A stretch of 64,000 nucleotides of DNA from a virus (lineage: Duplodnaviria; Caudoviricetes): the IMG/VR virus record IMGVR_UViG_3300029982_000009; one strand, given 5' to 3'. Position 1 is the first letter of the stretch, and every line of letters begins with the position of its first letter. The position numbers and the translations under genes are program-made. Under the pieces are notes generated by a model. That model ran no database searches and was not told the DNA's origin. It saw only the letters and a program-made list of their open reading frames with translations. Below, piece by piece: positions 19,201 to 28,763 of this stretch.

Positions 19201-19641
19201 GCGATCATTCCAATTAATTGTTATTCCATTAAGATTATTTCCTAGCGAATCATATACATTATCGTTAACAGAAAGACTATTTATTTTTAGATAGCCATTT
19301 GCAGCTAAATTTCGACTCGGAATATAATTAACAAGATTAGCCAGATAATTAATAGAATTTCTACTTTGCGCAGTAGGAAGAAAGTTTTCTCTCGCATTCA
19401 TATCATAACGAAAGGACATACTTTGTCCCATAAATGCAATTAGATCAATTAATGCCGTGAACTCGCTGCTTTCAATATAATCATTGAAATTTTCTGGATT
19501 TTTTAGTTGCAAATAATTTATGAACGATTTTCGTAGTGTGGAAAAATCGTACGACGCGAGATTCGGGCTGCCCATAGAAGTATAGAAAGCCTGCCAATCT
19601 TGAATGCCAAAAGCCGTTGTTGCTTGCAGTGATGTTCCCAT
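16219..19641 (-). CDS. baseplate wedge subunit (gp6-like)
   Basis: YDFSTLRKSFINYL...FNDYIESSEF.ALIDLIAF.GQ...FR.DMNARENFL.TA N-terminus; ES...IK..AP..F.SQNRMV...DY. Confidence 0.85.
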   Translation of the reverse strand: MGTSLQATTAFGIQDWQAFYTSMGSPNLASYDFSTLRKSFINYLQLKNPENFNDYIESSEFTALIDLIAFMGQSMSFRYDMNARENFLPTAQSRNSINYLANLVNYIPSRNLAANGYLKINSLSVNDNVYDSLGNNLNGITINWNDRTNRNWQDQWNTIINAVLISSQTIGNPGNTNVINGINYSEYGLSSSAGQAPPYAFTASINSSSTNFEIVNPTSVGETFIYEIDPEHTSTFNLLYENDGLGFASQNTGYFLYFKQGTLSSQTFSIASGLPNTSINLSQTGVNNSDVWLYQLNTDGTITEWTQVQTIYGENTAFNNLPSQQQTIFSVTNQINDAITLIFGDGVFGAIPQGNFICFTRSSNGLTYRINPSEMSNLSFPINYTSKTNRTQLLTINASLQYTVGNSAGTESLANIKLKAPQSFYSQNRMVNGQDYNSFPFTKYSNILQLKAINRTASGVSRYLDVIDPTGKFSSTNVFCDDGFIYTDPSVITNNYTYANQNNLATIVESQITSLISSNNTLSFVLNPSNYPITIPSAATAWNLVLTDNTSSSGWISDVATGNLITINDGRFAPVSHSSILKIGSLLQFTAPTGQFFDINNNLITSSSQLLNQKSIIYAAITSADSAGIGNSISMNGINVDGSGAILLSQKIPTGALLTGILPLYIPVLPSNLIQKLITYLTNGNAVALSYNSYTLSWSLDNTLPLNFSPAIYGSQFIAPMSPAAINTNDWLLAFVPTSTTTFTVYQQSNAYYFGSEQQTTFYFDPNAKVYDPTNASTLTDQIIILETNSAPGVAVNLGLPNDISVDVYAVVDEINGLIDNSRVQIQYAGLAYTGIPTDPFFFKDCVSDSNFIFLVTDNSQSTTKLISSGANQVVVVNLPTDINNNLYSYANGAIIFCLSTLQFYQISRVGSLATKTTLNQPGSTLTYSYYVGRQNLKFQYQHNASDNRRIDPSPSNIIDMYCLESSYATAYQQYITDQTGQIALPTPPTTETLSNDFNDLNNYKMVSDELIFNSAQFVPLFGDKADPSVQATFVAVANPNSAVGAGEIASQIITLVNNFFTIGNFNFGQTFFWAQLSNYILSNMTNIINAVHLVPNAGNLSYGALEQIVCNPYEIFISAATVKNISVVTSLNNLNLRIS

Positions 19642-19646
19642 ATGAT

Positions 19647-19652
19647 TATTTA
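19647..19652 (-). promoter_or_regulatory. late promoter TAAATA, 5 nt before ATG
   Basis: TAAATA-N5-ATG, same geometry at several other late genes. Confidence 0.7.
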
Positions 19653-19707
19653 TGCTCTAGATACAAGACGGTTAATTCATTAATGAATTCGCGGCTGACA
19701 GGATGGG

Positions 19708-20082
19708 TTAGAAATCACTAGACAGTTCAGAATTGAAGTTCACTATTAGTTGATCCGTTTCATTTGTGTTAACATATTGAATAATTACTGTTACTGTAAT
19801 TGTATGTTGTCCCTGAGTAAGATCGAGACTTACTAATGTTATTCTAGGATCGTTATTAATGATTGAACTAATGTTAGCACTAATGTCATCTAAATCGGTC
19901 TGTGTTATATTATCGAATAATTTATCCCAAATTATGCATCCGAAATTAGGTTGCATAAGACGTTGCCCACGCCGAGTTTTTAACGCATTCAATAAATCCT
20001 GCTGAATAAGTTTCCTATCGGTAAGAACAAATTTCTTTTGAGCATCTGACGATACCGTTGAAAAGCCTGAATATATTGACAT
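19708..20082 (-). CDS. baseplate wedge protein (gp25/GPW-like)
   Basis: LI.QDLLNAL.TR.G.R.M.PNFGC.IWD.LFD ... DPRI motif. Confidence 0.9.
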   Translation of the reverse strand: MSIYSGFSTVSSDAQKKFVLTDRKLIQQDLLNALKTRRGQRLMQPNFGCIIWDKLFDNITQTDLDDISANISSIINNDPRITLVSLDLTQGQHTITVTVIIQYVNTNETDQLIVNFNSELSSDF

Positions 20083-20091
20083 AGTTTACCC

Positions 20092-20463
20092 TTACATTGT
20101 TGGCTTGCTAGCGGCAATCATTTGCGCTAATTGGGTTTTAGAATAAGACACGCCAGGTTGATTGGGTGATTGGGGATTATTAAGTGTTACGTTTCCGGTT
20201 TGATTATCCATGCCTGTTATTTTAAAATTGGTCGGCTGGTTTGTGGGCCCCGATGGCAATTGGATTGTAGATCCTCGAGTTGATAATTGCTGGGAAATTG
20301 CGGGATCAATTGGTTTTACCGCTTGAGAATTTGTGTTTATATTTGCAGAATTTGCCACGCCTGGGGTAGCTGTCTTTATATTGTTTTTAAGTCCAGATTG
20401 ATTAACCGACGGTGCTAACCCTGGTATTGACGGTAAATCTTCAAATAATTCTATTATTCTCAT
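20092..20463 (-). CDS. hypothetical late protein with MRIIELFE N-terminus
   Basis: TATAAATA and AAGGTG upstream; low-complexity Pro/Asn/Gln body. Confidence 0.7.
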   Translation of the reverse strand: MRIIELFEDLPSIPGLAPSVNQSGLKNNIKTATPGVANSANINTNSQAVKPIDPAISQQLSTRGSTIQLPSGPTNQPTNFKITGMDNQTGNVTLNNPQSPNQPGVSYSKTQLAQMIAASKPTM

Positions 20464-20489
20464 TTATATCACCTTATTTGTATTTATAC

Positions 20490-22889
20490 TCATCCCAATA
20501 CAGCTTTGATTCCGGATAGCGCCCCGGCGTAAATTGGAGTAGATGCTTTTTGGGGCGTGGCGGCATTACTCGGTGCAGTTGGTGATGAAACAGATACGGG
20601 TGTAGCCGCTGATATGAGGTTAATCTCGTGACTGTCATCAAACCGAATACATTGTAATTCTTGGGTGAAAACACCGTTGGCTATCTTGTTAGTTATTTCT
20701 AAAACTCGATAGTAACCGCTAAAAACATTACGATGATATACAACATTATTACTTTTATCTGGTGGGGTAATTAATCCACTTGAAAGATCTATATCCCTGG
20801 GAATTAGGAAATTGAGATTCATGTAAATTTCTCCACTATTGAACATAATTCCTCCAGGTGCTCCGCTCGCTTCTGTTATATATGGTACTAAGGTTGAATT
20901 TGCTGATGGATTTAGAAATAGTCCATCTTGCTTAATATAATCAGGGTCACCGTTAACAGTTAATCTAACCGATAACATTTCTGCGGGAGCATAAATTGTC
21001 GCAGCGACATCTGCCGCTGTAGTTCTTTCGGGAGTTTGCTCGGCCGTTATATTAGTTGATTTGATACTACTTGGTGCTGCCGATAGAACTCTAGAGGCGT
21101 TTACTGCTGTACCTTTTTGAGCTATTACATATGTTGAATTAGATGCGGTTGGTTGATCTGCCGGAGTCGATGATCCTGTTCCTTGCTGCTTAGTACTCTT
21201 ATTAGCAACTTGGGTATATGTTAAAAAAGCAGTTTTGAATTCCATATCAAAGTTAAGAATTTCGGTATTTTTGCCGGTTAATATATAGTTATATTCTTTT
21301 AAAACTCGCAACGCCGGAGTCTGATTAGGTACTTCAAATATTTTTGCGTTATCGATTATATATGGTTTTACGATGTATCGATAATTAGCCGCGTATTTTC
21401 CACGTAAAAAATCATAACCAAGAATTGTTGTTTCGCTGCTAATCATGAACCATTGAAACGGTCCTTGTAATTGTTTAATCGCTTCCTTAATTCCGATATC
21501 TGTTGTCGGGTCGCCCGATACTAAATTTGCCATATTAATTATGTCGCTTATTTTTTTCTCGAATACTTTAATTTGATTGGTTATATACTCACTACTTATA
21601 ATTAAAGTATTAATTGAATCAAGAATACTAGCGCCGACGCCAAATCGTACAATACTATGGCCAGATGAACTGCCATCAGGGTTAAAATATACCTGGTTAA
21701 CCGCGGTTATTCCAGGCCCAATAGATGTTGTTGAAATTTCACCCGTTGTTACTGTTTGCCCATTAATATTAGCGGTAGTTGTTGCATTTTTAATTGCATG
21801 TGTTTGCCCAAGGTTATATGCATAATTATTTGCCATTACCTGTATCGGTGTTGCCCCAGATGTCATTTTTGCATCTTTAGGGGCAGACGTTGTATTTGTA
21901 TATACAGGATTTACAAACAAACTTGCTCCAATATTAATATTTGATGAACTCGAGCTAAGTTCTGTACTTATCTGAGGTAAACATATAATTTCATAATTAT
22001 CTGCTACTGTATATGTATTTGTATCTACATAATGTTTTTGATGCTGATTCAATGAATATGCTAATCCATCGCAGTAATTTTGCACTGTGCTGCTGTTAGA
22101 AATTTCAACCATCGAATCAATTCTTCCGGCTATTTCTGTATTTGATAATTCATTAATTGGAATTGCTGTAATTTTATAGGTTGCTCCGGTGGATCCCGCT
22201 TTAATTTCCATGTTGGCTAATACTATTGGAATATATTTAGTTGTTCCTGCAATAGTATTGAGTGAACCATCATCAAAAAATCCATTAAATGAGATTTTAA
22301 GTAAGTATGGTAGTTGACAATAGTTATACTCGTTTATAGATTGGCAAAAATCATAAAGATTTTCAATTAAGTCCATTCCATTTGGTTCTATTATATCGAA
22401 AGTTATATTTGTTGCATTTGACCCACGATTTTCTTGATTTTGGCCGGCTATAGTCTTCATATCAAGATTATCAATGCCTAAATCTGTAGGGAAATATGTT
22501 GATAATTTATTTGTACCCATTCCTCCTGATTGACAAATAGTTGTCCAATCTGACGGTACATACCGTTGTGCAGCCATCATTAATGCATGTAATTTTGGGG
22601 TAGTAACTTGTAATGTTATTAACGGGGTATAACTTGCATAAGAGTTAAGCAAATTGGGCCTAATAGAGCTGTTTGCAGTAGCAGACGTCGTGGATAATTG
22701 TTGATCATCTAAATTTTTGTCGGCTGCGCCTTGTGATCGGAATGATGCTAATTGATTTTGAGAATTATTAACTTGGGCTACCAACGCCGCAGGTGGGGTG
22801 TTAAGAGCAGAAACTTCGTTTGCTACCGCAGCTTTTTTCTTTGCAATAATCTCTTCTAAACTTAGTCCTTCATTTGTATTAATTGCCAT
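20490..22889 (-). CDS. tail/baseplate hub-associated structural protein
   Basis: N.L..YASYT..ITL, I.EP.G..L, G.Y.V..I.N....GVFTQ.L pattern of contractile-tail hub proteins; position in tail operon. Confidence 0.65.
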   Translation of the reverse strand: MAINTNEGLSLEEIIAKKKAAVANEVSALNTPPAALVAQVNNSQNQLASFRSQGAADKNLDDQQLSTTSATANSSIRPNLLNSYASYTPLITLQVTTPKLHALMMAAQRYVPSDWTTICQSGGMGTNKLSTYFPTDLGIDNLDMKTIAGQNQENRGSNATNITFDIIEPNGMDLIENLYDFCQSINEYNYCQLPYLLKISFNGFFDDGSLNTIAGTTKYIPIVLANMEIKAGSTGATYKITAIPINELSNTEIAGRIDSMVEISNSSTVQNYCDGLAYSLNQHQKHYVDTNTYTVADNYEIICLPQISTELSSSSSNINIGASLFVNPVYTNTTSAPKDAKMTSGATPIQVMANNYAYNLGQTHAIKNATTTANINGQTVTTGEISTTSIGPGITAVNQVYFNPDGSSSGHSIVRFGVGASILDSINTLIISSEYITNQIKVFEKKISDIINMANLVSGDPTTDIGIKEAIKQLQGPFQWFMISSETTILGYDFLRGKYAANYRYIVKPYIIDNAKIFEVPNQTPALRVLKEYNYILTGKNTEILNFDMEFKTAFLTYTQVANKSTKQQGTGSSTPADQPTASNSTYVIAQKGTAVNASRVLSAAPSSIKSTNITAEQTPERTTAADVAATIYAPAEMLSVRLTVNGDPDYIKQDGLFLNPSANSTLVPYITEASGAPGGIMFNSGEIYMNLNFLIPRDIDLSSGLITPPDKSNNVVYHRNVFSGYYRVLEITNKIANGVFTQELQCIRFDDSHEINLISAATPVSVSSPTAPSNAATPQKASTPIYAGALSGIKAVLG

Positions 22890-22891
22890 TT

Positions 22892-23197
22892 TTAAAGTTC
22901 CAATGCTGCTTTGACTGCCGATGGATCGGGTATATAAATTGCAGTACCCGCGGTAAAATTACCTAACGGGTCAGCAGATAACGTTCCTGGATTTCGTTGA
23001 GCAAAAATCCACCAGAGTTCGGCATATCCATAAAGATCAAACGCCATTAGATCCGGGCGAGAATCATATGCATCGCTTATTACTACTAAATTATCAGATG
23101 GACTAGCTGGGACATATCGCGGCGTCCAGGTATTTAATATTCCATTAGCTGAAATAGATGTATCGTAGTATGCACTTGCGCTAGTATAAGTAGTCAT
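22892..23197 (-). CDS. LysM-like baseplate wedge protein (gp53-like)
   Basis: YDSRPDLMAFDLYG..ELWWIFAQRNP motif. Confidence 0.8.
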   Translation of the reverse strand: MTTYTSASAYYDTSISANGILNTWTPRYVPASPSDNLVVISDAYDSRPDLMAFDLYGYAELWWIFAQRNPGTLSADPLGNFTAGTAIYIPDPSAVKAALEL

Positions 23198-23203
23198 GAT
23201 TTC

Positions 23204-24244
23204 CTAAAGTTGTATATCGCTAAGGCTAGTATCAGCTTGCGTTTCGATTGTGGGGAAGTCACCGCTTTTTGTGTTCGTGCTAACCGCAGTGTTATCACTT
23301 CCTAATATAACTGTTGGTGAGTTAGCTGAAAACCCAGAAAACGATGGAATAGCAGACGGTGTTAGACTAGAAATGGTTCCATTTAAAGATGGGGATAAAT
23401 CAGGATTTGGACCTAAAAGTCGGGTAGTTCCGTTAGAAAAATTTTGCAAACCAAATTGCGAGGCAAATAATCGGCTAAACACGGGTACAACAGAAATATT
23501 AACAGTCATCTGACACGGAATTTTAGTTATTTCTCCGTTTAATCCTGGTAATGCAACGGTAACATAATCGACATTGTCGGGAAAAGTAGTAGTAACGTTA
23601 GTAACAACAACCGGAAGACTATCTAACCCTACAAACCCGATGCCTGTTAAATTGACAATTAATGGCGGCGCTCCTGCTAAGTTAATTTTTCCGGATCCCG
23701 CGCTTGCGTCATTTCCGGTAAACATCATAGTTAGGCAACGAAGAAAGTGGATTGCCGCAACTACATATTGGCCCTCATATGGGGTTCTAACGACAAAATC
23801 ACCACTTATATCAAAAGGCTTAATTTCACTATTTTTGTACGAGTGATATGTAAAATTACTATGAGTAACAGCTTGATTCTCATATGTTGAAGAAAATGAA
23901 AGAGGAACTGACGGCTGAAAGGGGAAGACGACGCCATTTGTTTGATTAAGAATTTTTAATAAAGTATTTGCTGGGTCTCTATAAAAAATTGCAGGACTTC
24001 CTGACAGCATACTGATTTTAACTCGTTTATCATTACCCGAAGCGCCATTAAATGTTACTTTGGGGGTAGTGGCTTTTAATGATGGTATATTTAAGCTCGA
24101 TACTCTTGAAGTACTAGGAAACATTGTTCCTATTTGCGTCGGGGTAAATGATGTTACTGAGTCAACTCCCGATGCATCTGTTACAGATGGAGTCGGCGCA
24201 AATTGATCTTCACTTTGACTCATATCTGGCAATGGAATTTGCAT
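23204..24244 (-). CDS. baseplate/tail-tube initiator-like protein (gp48/gp54-like)
   Basis: GVVFPFQP...Y......HSNF..H.Y.NS...I.G.F ... AAIHFLR..T.MF.G ... PP...L.G. Confidence 0.65.
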   Translation of the reverse strand: MQIPLPDMSQSEDQFAPTPSVTDASGVDSVTSFTPTQIGTMFPSTSRVSSLNIPSLKATTPKVTFNGASGNDKRVKISMLSGSPAIFYRDPANTLLKILNQTNGVVFPFQPSVPLSFSSTYENQAVTHSNFTYHSYKNSEIKPFDISGDFVVRTPYEGQYVVAAIHFLRCLTMMFTGNDASAGSGKINLAGAPPLIVNLTGIGFVGLDSLPVVVTNVTTTFPDNVDYVTVALPGLNGEITKIPCQMTVNISVVPVFSRLFASQFGLQNFSNGTTRLLGPNPDLSPSLNGTISSLTPSAIPSFSGFSANSPTVILGSDNTAVSTNTKSGDFPTIETQADTSLSDIQL

Positions 24245-24251
24245 TTTTTTC

Positions 24252-24280
24252 TTGACCCCGGAAGCAACTTATGTTAATAT
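24252..24280 (+). promoter_or_regulatory. possible sigma70 promoter for late sigma factor gene
   Basis: TTGACC-N17-TAATAT; GTTAATATTAAC palindrome (24273-24284) overlaps the -10. Confidence 0.45.
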
Positions 24281-24329
24281 TAACTTATAACATATTTATG
24301 CTTAAAATGTAAGTAGTACGGGGGACCCC

Positions 24330-25193
24330 ATTAAAGTTAATTATTTAAATAATCGTGATTTACTCAAGGAAATTCATCTTTCAAAGAATTCATATTGCTC
24401 TTATCGAAATGTTGAATTAGATCATCAATATGATGTTATTATATTTGATGTTACAGAAATATCGAATAGTATTCAGACAGCTAAGATCAATAGAGCAGCT
24501 AGAATTTTTCGGGAAACTGCAAATAAGATAGACCCAGCTAGTATCTTAGATACTGATTTAGTTTTTCGTGTTATGACTTGGGAACATATTCCGATGTTAC
24601 CGCCTAAGAAAACTATTGAAGAAAAGTTGGCTTCTGCATCTTCTGGTCTAAGCATTAATAAATTTTTTGAAGATAACGAAGAAGAAGATGTGGTAGAATT
24701 AGACGCAGAGATTGAAACTTTAATACAGACAAATATTAAAGCCGATCATATACGTATTAATTTTCCTCCATTTTTTCATTATAGATTAGATGAATTAGGT
24801 AATGCATTTCAGGTAGGCAAAAGCCATTGGATCGGGGAGTTTGATTCGGGATCATTTTGTAAGACGCAAGGTAATTTAACAGATACTTTGGCTCGTATGA
24901 TTATGAAATTAGTTGAAAAATACGCATCGAAAGGAAATTGGCGTAATTATTCATATCGAGAAGAATTTGAAGGCCAGGCTATTATGCAGTTAATTCAGGT
25001 TTGTCTTCAGTTTGATGAAAGTAAGAGCAGTAATCCATTTTCATTTTTTACGACCGTTGCTAGAAATGCATTTTTACGTATTTTAAACATTGAAAAGAAA
25101 AATCAGCAGATTAGAGACAAACTTCTAATAGATAACCATATGAATCCTTCCTATAGCGCAACAAGCCAGGCCGCAATTTTCGAGAGTGAGTAA
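24330..25193 (+). CDS. late-transcription sigma factor (T4 gp55-like), ATT start
   Basis: KVNYLNNRDLLKEIH N-terminus in frame 81 codons upstream of the ORF-track ATG; NWRNYSYREEF...QFDESKSSNPFSFFTT...NAFLRILNIEKKNQ.IRD.LL gp55-like core. Confidence 0.85.
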   Translation: MKVNYLNNRDLLKEIHLSKNSYCSYRNVELDHQYDVIIFDVTEISNSIQTAKINRAARIFRETANKIDPASILDTDLVFRVMTWEHIPMLPPKKTIEEKLASASSGLSINKFFEDNEEEDVVELDAEIETLIQTNIKADHIRINFPPFFHYRLDELGNAFQVGKSHWIGEFDSGSFCKTQGNLTDTLARMIMKLVEKYASKGNWRNYSYREEFEGQAIMQLIQVCLQFDESKSSNPFSFFTTVARNAFLRILNIEKKNQQIRDKLLIDNHMNPSYSATSQAAIFESE

Positions 25194-25201
25194 ATATTAT
25201 C

Positions 25202-26221
25202 ATGAGTGAATTGTTTAGGAAAGCTGCTATTTTCGGGGATATTCATCTTGGGCTTAAAGGAAACGGGCTTGTTCATAATGAAGATTGTTTAAATTTTATT
25301 AGATGGTTTTCGGAAACCGCAATATCTGAAGGCTGTGATATTTGTATTTTCTTAGGTGATTATTTTCATAATCGAAATAATACAAATCTTGTTACAATGA
25401 ATTATGGATTGCAGGGATTACGAATTTTAAGTGATTCGTTTGCTCGAGTTATTATGATCACCGGAAATCATGATCTTTATTATAAAGACAAACGAACAGT
25501 TAGTAGCGTATCTTGGGCTAACCACATTCCGAATATCGAAATTATAAATGAATGGACACAAATGGGCGATGTTATCTTTGCACCCTGGATGGTCCAGGAT
25601 GAATATAAAAAGATTTCGGTAGAAAAAGCAAAATATCTGATGTGCCACGCCGAGATTCCTAATTTCTTAATGAATGCTCAGACGGCAATGCCTGAGGTTG
25701 GCGAAATACGTGCAAAGAATTTTTCTGGATTCGAGCACGTATATAGTGGGCATTTTCATATGAGACAAACTCAAGGTAATATCACCTATATCGGTAATGC
25801 TTTCCCGCATAATTATACAGATGCCGGGGATGATTCTAGAGGAATGATGATTTTACCATATGGGCAAGAGCCAACTTTTTTGTCCTGGCCGGATGCTCCA
25901 AAATATAGAGTTGTTAAAATTAGTGATTTAGTTGTTGATCCCTCTTCATACCTACCAGCGCATAGTTATATTAAATTGGTCTTAGATACGGCAATATCAT
26001 ATGAAGAGGCCAGTTATTTAAAGGAAACTTTAGTGAAGGAATATGAATTGCGCGAAATGTCGTTGGTACCGGTTAAAAAAGATATGTACGCCGAAGATCT
26101 AGCAAATGGCGGCAATATTTCTTTTCAATCGGTTGATTCTATTGTGCAGGGACAAATAACAGCAATTAATAGTGATTTTTACGACTCTAATCTTTTATTA
26201 AGTATCTATAGAGAATTGTGA
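25202..26221 (+). CDS. recombination endonuclease subunit (gp47/Mre11/SbcD-like)
   Basis: GDIHLG, LGDYFH, GNHD, GHFH metallophosphoesterase motifs. Confidence 0.92.
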   Translation: MSELFRKAAIFGDIHLGLKGNGLVHNEDCLNFIRWFSETAISEGCDICIFLGDYFHNRNNTNLVTMNYGLQGLRILSDSFARVIMITGNHDLYYKDKRTVSSVSWANHIPNIEIINEWTQMGDVIFAPWMVQDEYKKISVEKAKYLMCHAEIPNFLMNAQTAMPEVGEIRAKNFSGFEHVYSGHFHMRQTQGNITYIGNAFPHNYTDAGDDSRGMMILPYGQEPTFLSWPDAPKYRVVKISDLVVDPSSYLPAHSYIKLVLDTAISYEEASYLKETLVKEYELREMSLVPVKKDMYAEDLANGGNISFQSVDSIVQGQITAINSDFYDSNLLLSIYREL

Positions 26222-26222
26222 A

Positions 26223-26576
26223 ATGAAAGAAATTTTTATTTTTGGGTCAAATTTGCTGGGAATTCACGGAAAAGGCGCGGCATTATATGCCCGACAACAG
26301 TGTGGAGCAATTTATGGGCAGGGGAACGGCCTTCAAGGCAATTCTTATGCAATTCCCACTAAAGATGGAAGGCTGAAACCATTGCCATTATCTAATATTC
26401 AATCATATGTAGACGAATTTTTAATTTTTTCCGAAACACATCCTGAATTAACGTTTAGATTAACTCCGATTGGAACGGGATTAGCAGGATATAAACATTC
26501 GCAAATCGCTCCTATGTTTAGCGGTGTATCAAAAAATGTAATTATTCCCGAGGAATGGAAAATTTATTTATGCTAA
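26223..26576 (+). CDS. macrodomain-like protein (A1S_2505-type phage family)
   Basis: FIFGSNLLGIHGKGAAL ... SYAIPTK ... TPIGTGLAGY. Confidence 0.6.
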   Translation: MKEIFIFGSNLLGIHGKGAALYARQQCGAIYGQGNGLQGNSYAIPTKDGRLKPLPLSNIQSYVDEFLIFSETHPELTFRLTPIGTGLAGYKHSQIAPMFSGVSKNVIIPEEWKIYLC

Positions 26577-28345
26577 AATTAAAAAATCTTAAGATGAAAA
26601 ATTTCCTTTCTTTTGGAAATGCAGTACAAGAAATTGATCTTAATAGAGAAGAGTTAGTGCTTATACTAGGTGAAAATTTAGATATGGGCGGCGAAGATGC
26701 GGGCAGTAGAAATGGCGTAGGGAAAACAGGAATTCTTAATGGAATTTCTTATGCGTTATTTGGCTGGGCAGTATCTAATATTAAGAAAGAACATTTGATA
26801 AACAAATCAAATGGGAAAAATATGGAAGTTTCTTTAGATTTCGAATCGAATGGTAAGACATATAAAATAGTTCGAGGGCGTCGTCCAAATAATTTAGAAT
26901 TTTATGTTAGCGGAACTAAACAACAAGTGTGTGAAAATTCTGCCGACGATGATGCTCAAGGGGATAGTAGAGAGACACAGCTTGAAATAGAAAAAATCTT
27001 AGGCATGAGTCAGGCTATGTTTTGCCAGGTTGTTGCGCTTAATACATATACTGTTCCTTTTTTATTCCAGCGTGTGCATGAACAACGGGCAATTATTGAA
27101 CAGTTATTGGGCATTACCTTGTTATCAGAAAAAGCGGAAAAATTAAAGAAAGATATTAAATCGGTTAACGAGCAAATTGTTAAAGAACAAATACGAATTA
27201 AAAGTACGGAAGAAGCAAATACTCGTATTCAAATGCAAATTAATTCGTTACTAACGAAACAAAAAAAGTGGGCTTTAAATCATACCAGCTCTTTGGTTGA
27301 ATTAGAAGAAGCAATTTCTTTTTTGTCGACCATTGATATTGAAAAAGAATTAGTGTTGTACGAGTTGTGGGATGAATACAAAATCTTAAAAAGTTACAAG
27401 GCAGAATTAGCCGATTCCCTTCGGCAAGAAAAAATATTACTAACAAAAGAAGATAAAAAACAGATATCACTTCAATTAGATCTTGATAGTTTAAAAGATC
27501 AATGCTGTCATACATGCCATCAAAAATTACAGACAGATGTTCACACCACACTTCTTAATAATAAACAGATAGAATATGAACGAGTGACCTCGGAAAAATT
27601 AAGATTGGAGCAAACCATTGCAGATTTAGAACGTCGGCTAGCCGATTTTCCGATGATAGAAGTTCCAATTCAGCCGTCTTATGATACAATAGCCGAAGCA
27701 TACGATCATAAAAATAAATTGAGTCTTTTAATGCAACAATATGAAACGGCTAAAAATAGTGAAGATCCATATAAAGATTCAATTTTTGATATGAAAAATT
27801 CTGCACTTGAAACAATAGATTTTTCGACCATGAATGAATTAACAAAATTTAACGAACATCAAGAATTCTTATTAAAATTACTGGTTAATAAAGACAGTTT
27901 TATTCGAAAAAAGATAATTGATCAAAATTTAAGTTATTTAAATTCAAGGTTAGATCATTATCTAACTAAACTAGGGTTGCCGCATAGTGTAATTTTTGAA
28001 AATGACCTTAGCGTTTCTATTAATGAGTTAGGACGAGAATTAAGTCCTGGCAATTTAAGTAGGGGAGAAATGGCAAGGCTTTCATTGGGATTAAGTCTTA
28101 GTTTCCGAGATGTGTATGAGAATTTATATCAGAAAATTAATTTATTTTTTGCAGATGAAATTCTCGATAATGGGCTAGATATTTTAGGTGGATTAGATGC
28201 AATGAATTTGCTAAGAGATCTAACTAGAGATCAAGGAAAATCAGTTTGGTTAATTTCACATAAGGATGAATTAATTTCAAAAGCAAACACAATTTGTAAA
28301 ATTATTAAAGAAAGCGGGTTTTCAACCATTAGTTTCGATGAATAA
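26555..28345 (+). CDS. recombination ATPase subunit (gp46/Rad50/SbcC-like)
   Basis: MKNFLSFGN, NGVGKT Walker A, CHTC zinc hook, LSRGE signature, FADEILD Walker B, ISH. Confidence 0.92.
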   Translation: MENLFMLKLKNLKMKNFLSFGNAVQEIDLNREELVLILGENLDMGGEDAGSRNGVGKTGILNGISYALFGWAVSNIKKEHLINKSNGKNMEVSLDFESNGKTYKIVRGRRPNNLEFYVSGTKQQVCENSADDDAQGDSRETQLEIEKILGMSQAMFCQVVALNTYTVPFLFQRVHEQRAIIEQLLGITLLSEKAEKLKKDIKSVNEQIVKEQIRIKSTEEANTRIQMQINSLLTKQKKWALNHTSSLVELEEAISFLSTIDIEKELVLYELWDEYKILKSYKAELADSLRQEKILLTKEDKKQISLQLDLDSLKDQCCHTCHQKLQTDVHTTLLNNKQIEYERVTSEKLRLEQTIADLERRLADFPMIEVPIQPSYDTIAEAYDHKNKLSLLMQQYETAKNSEDPYKDSIFDMKNSALETIDFSTMNELTKFNEHQEFLLKLLVNKDSFIRKKIIDQNLSYLNSRLDHYLTKLGLPHSVIFENDLSVSINELGRELSPGNLSRGEMARLSLGLSLSFRDVYENLYQKINLFFADEILDNGLDILGGLDAMNLLRDLTRDQGKSVWLISHKDELISKANTICKIIKESGFSTISFDE

Positions 28346-28346
28346 C

Positions 28347-28379
28347 AAAATGCCTGAAGATTAACTCTTCAGGCATTTT
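28347..28379. terminator. bidirectional terminator
   Basis: AAAATGCCTGAAGA-TTAAC-TCTTCAGGCATTTT between convergent genes. Confidence 0.8.
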
Positions 28380-28751
28380 TCATTCTGATACTTCTAATGT
28401 TCTATCTGTACTAGAACTAATTAATTCTCGTAATGGTTTTGCTAAAATTATGCAGCCGTCGCTTGCGGTATGATTAACATTGGAATTATCTCCATGAATC
28501 ATAAATCCTGTCCGTCCAAACGTATTAGTACCGAATGTTGGGGTAAGATGAGTTACCAATAAGCCTTTCCCTCCAGGATCATCGACGAATGTCTGTATAG
28601 TCCATAATCCTTGGGGAATAGGTCCGTGGTTTTTAATTTGCTGCTCTGAAGAATTATCTAGATCTGCGCCATTACCGCTATAACCTTTTCCAATTAATTT
28701 TCCAGATGGATCTATTAGATTTCCAGTTGTTTGTTCATATTTCCAAGACAT
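28380..28751 (-). CDS. Tlde1/DUF2778-like L,D-transpeptidase-fold protein
   Basis: GYSG...GPIP.G.W.I...GRTGFMIHGDN.....ASDGCII. Confidence 0.75.
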   Translation of the reverse strand: MSWKYEQTTGNLIDPSGKLIGKGYSGNGADLDNSSEQQIKNHGPIPQGLWTIQTFVDDPGGKGLLVTHLTPTFGTNTFGRTGFMIHGDNSNVNHTASDGCIILAKPLRELISSSTDRTLEVSE

Positions 28752-28763
28752 TATTATCTCCTC

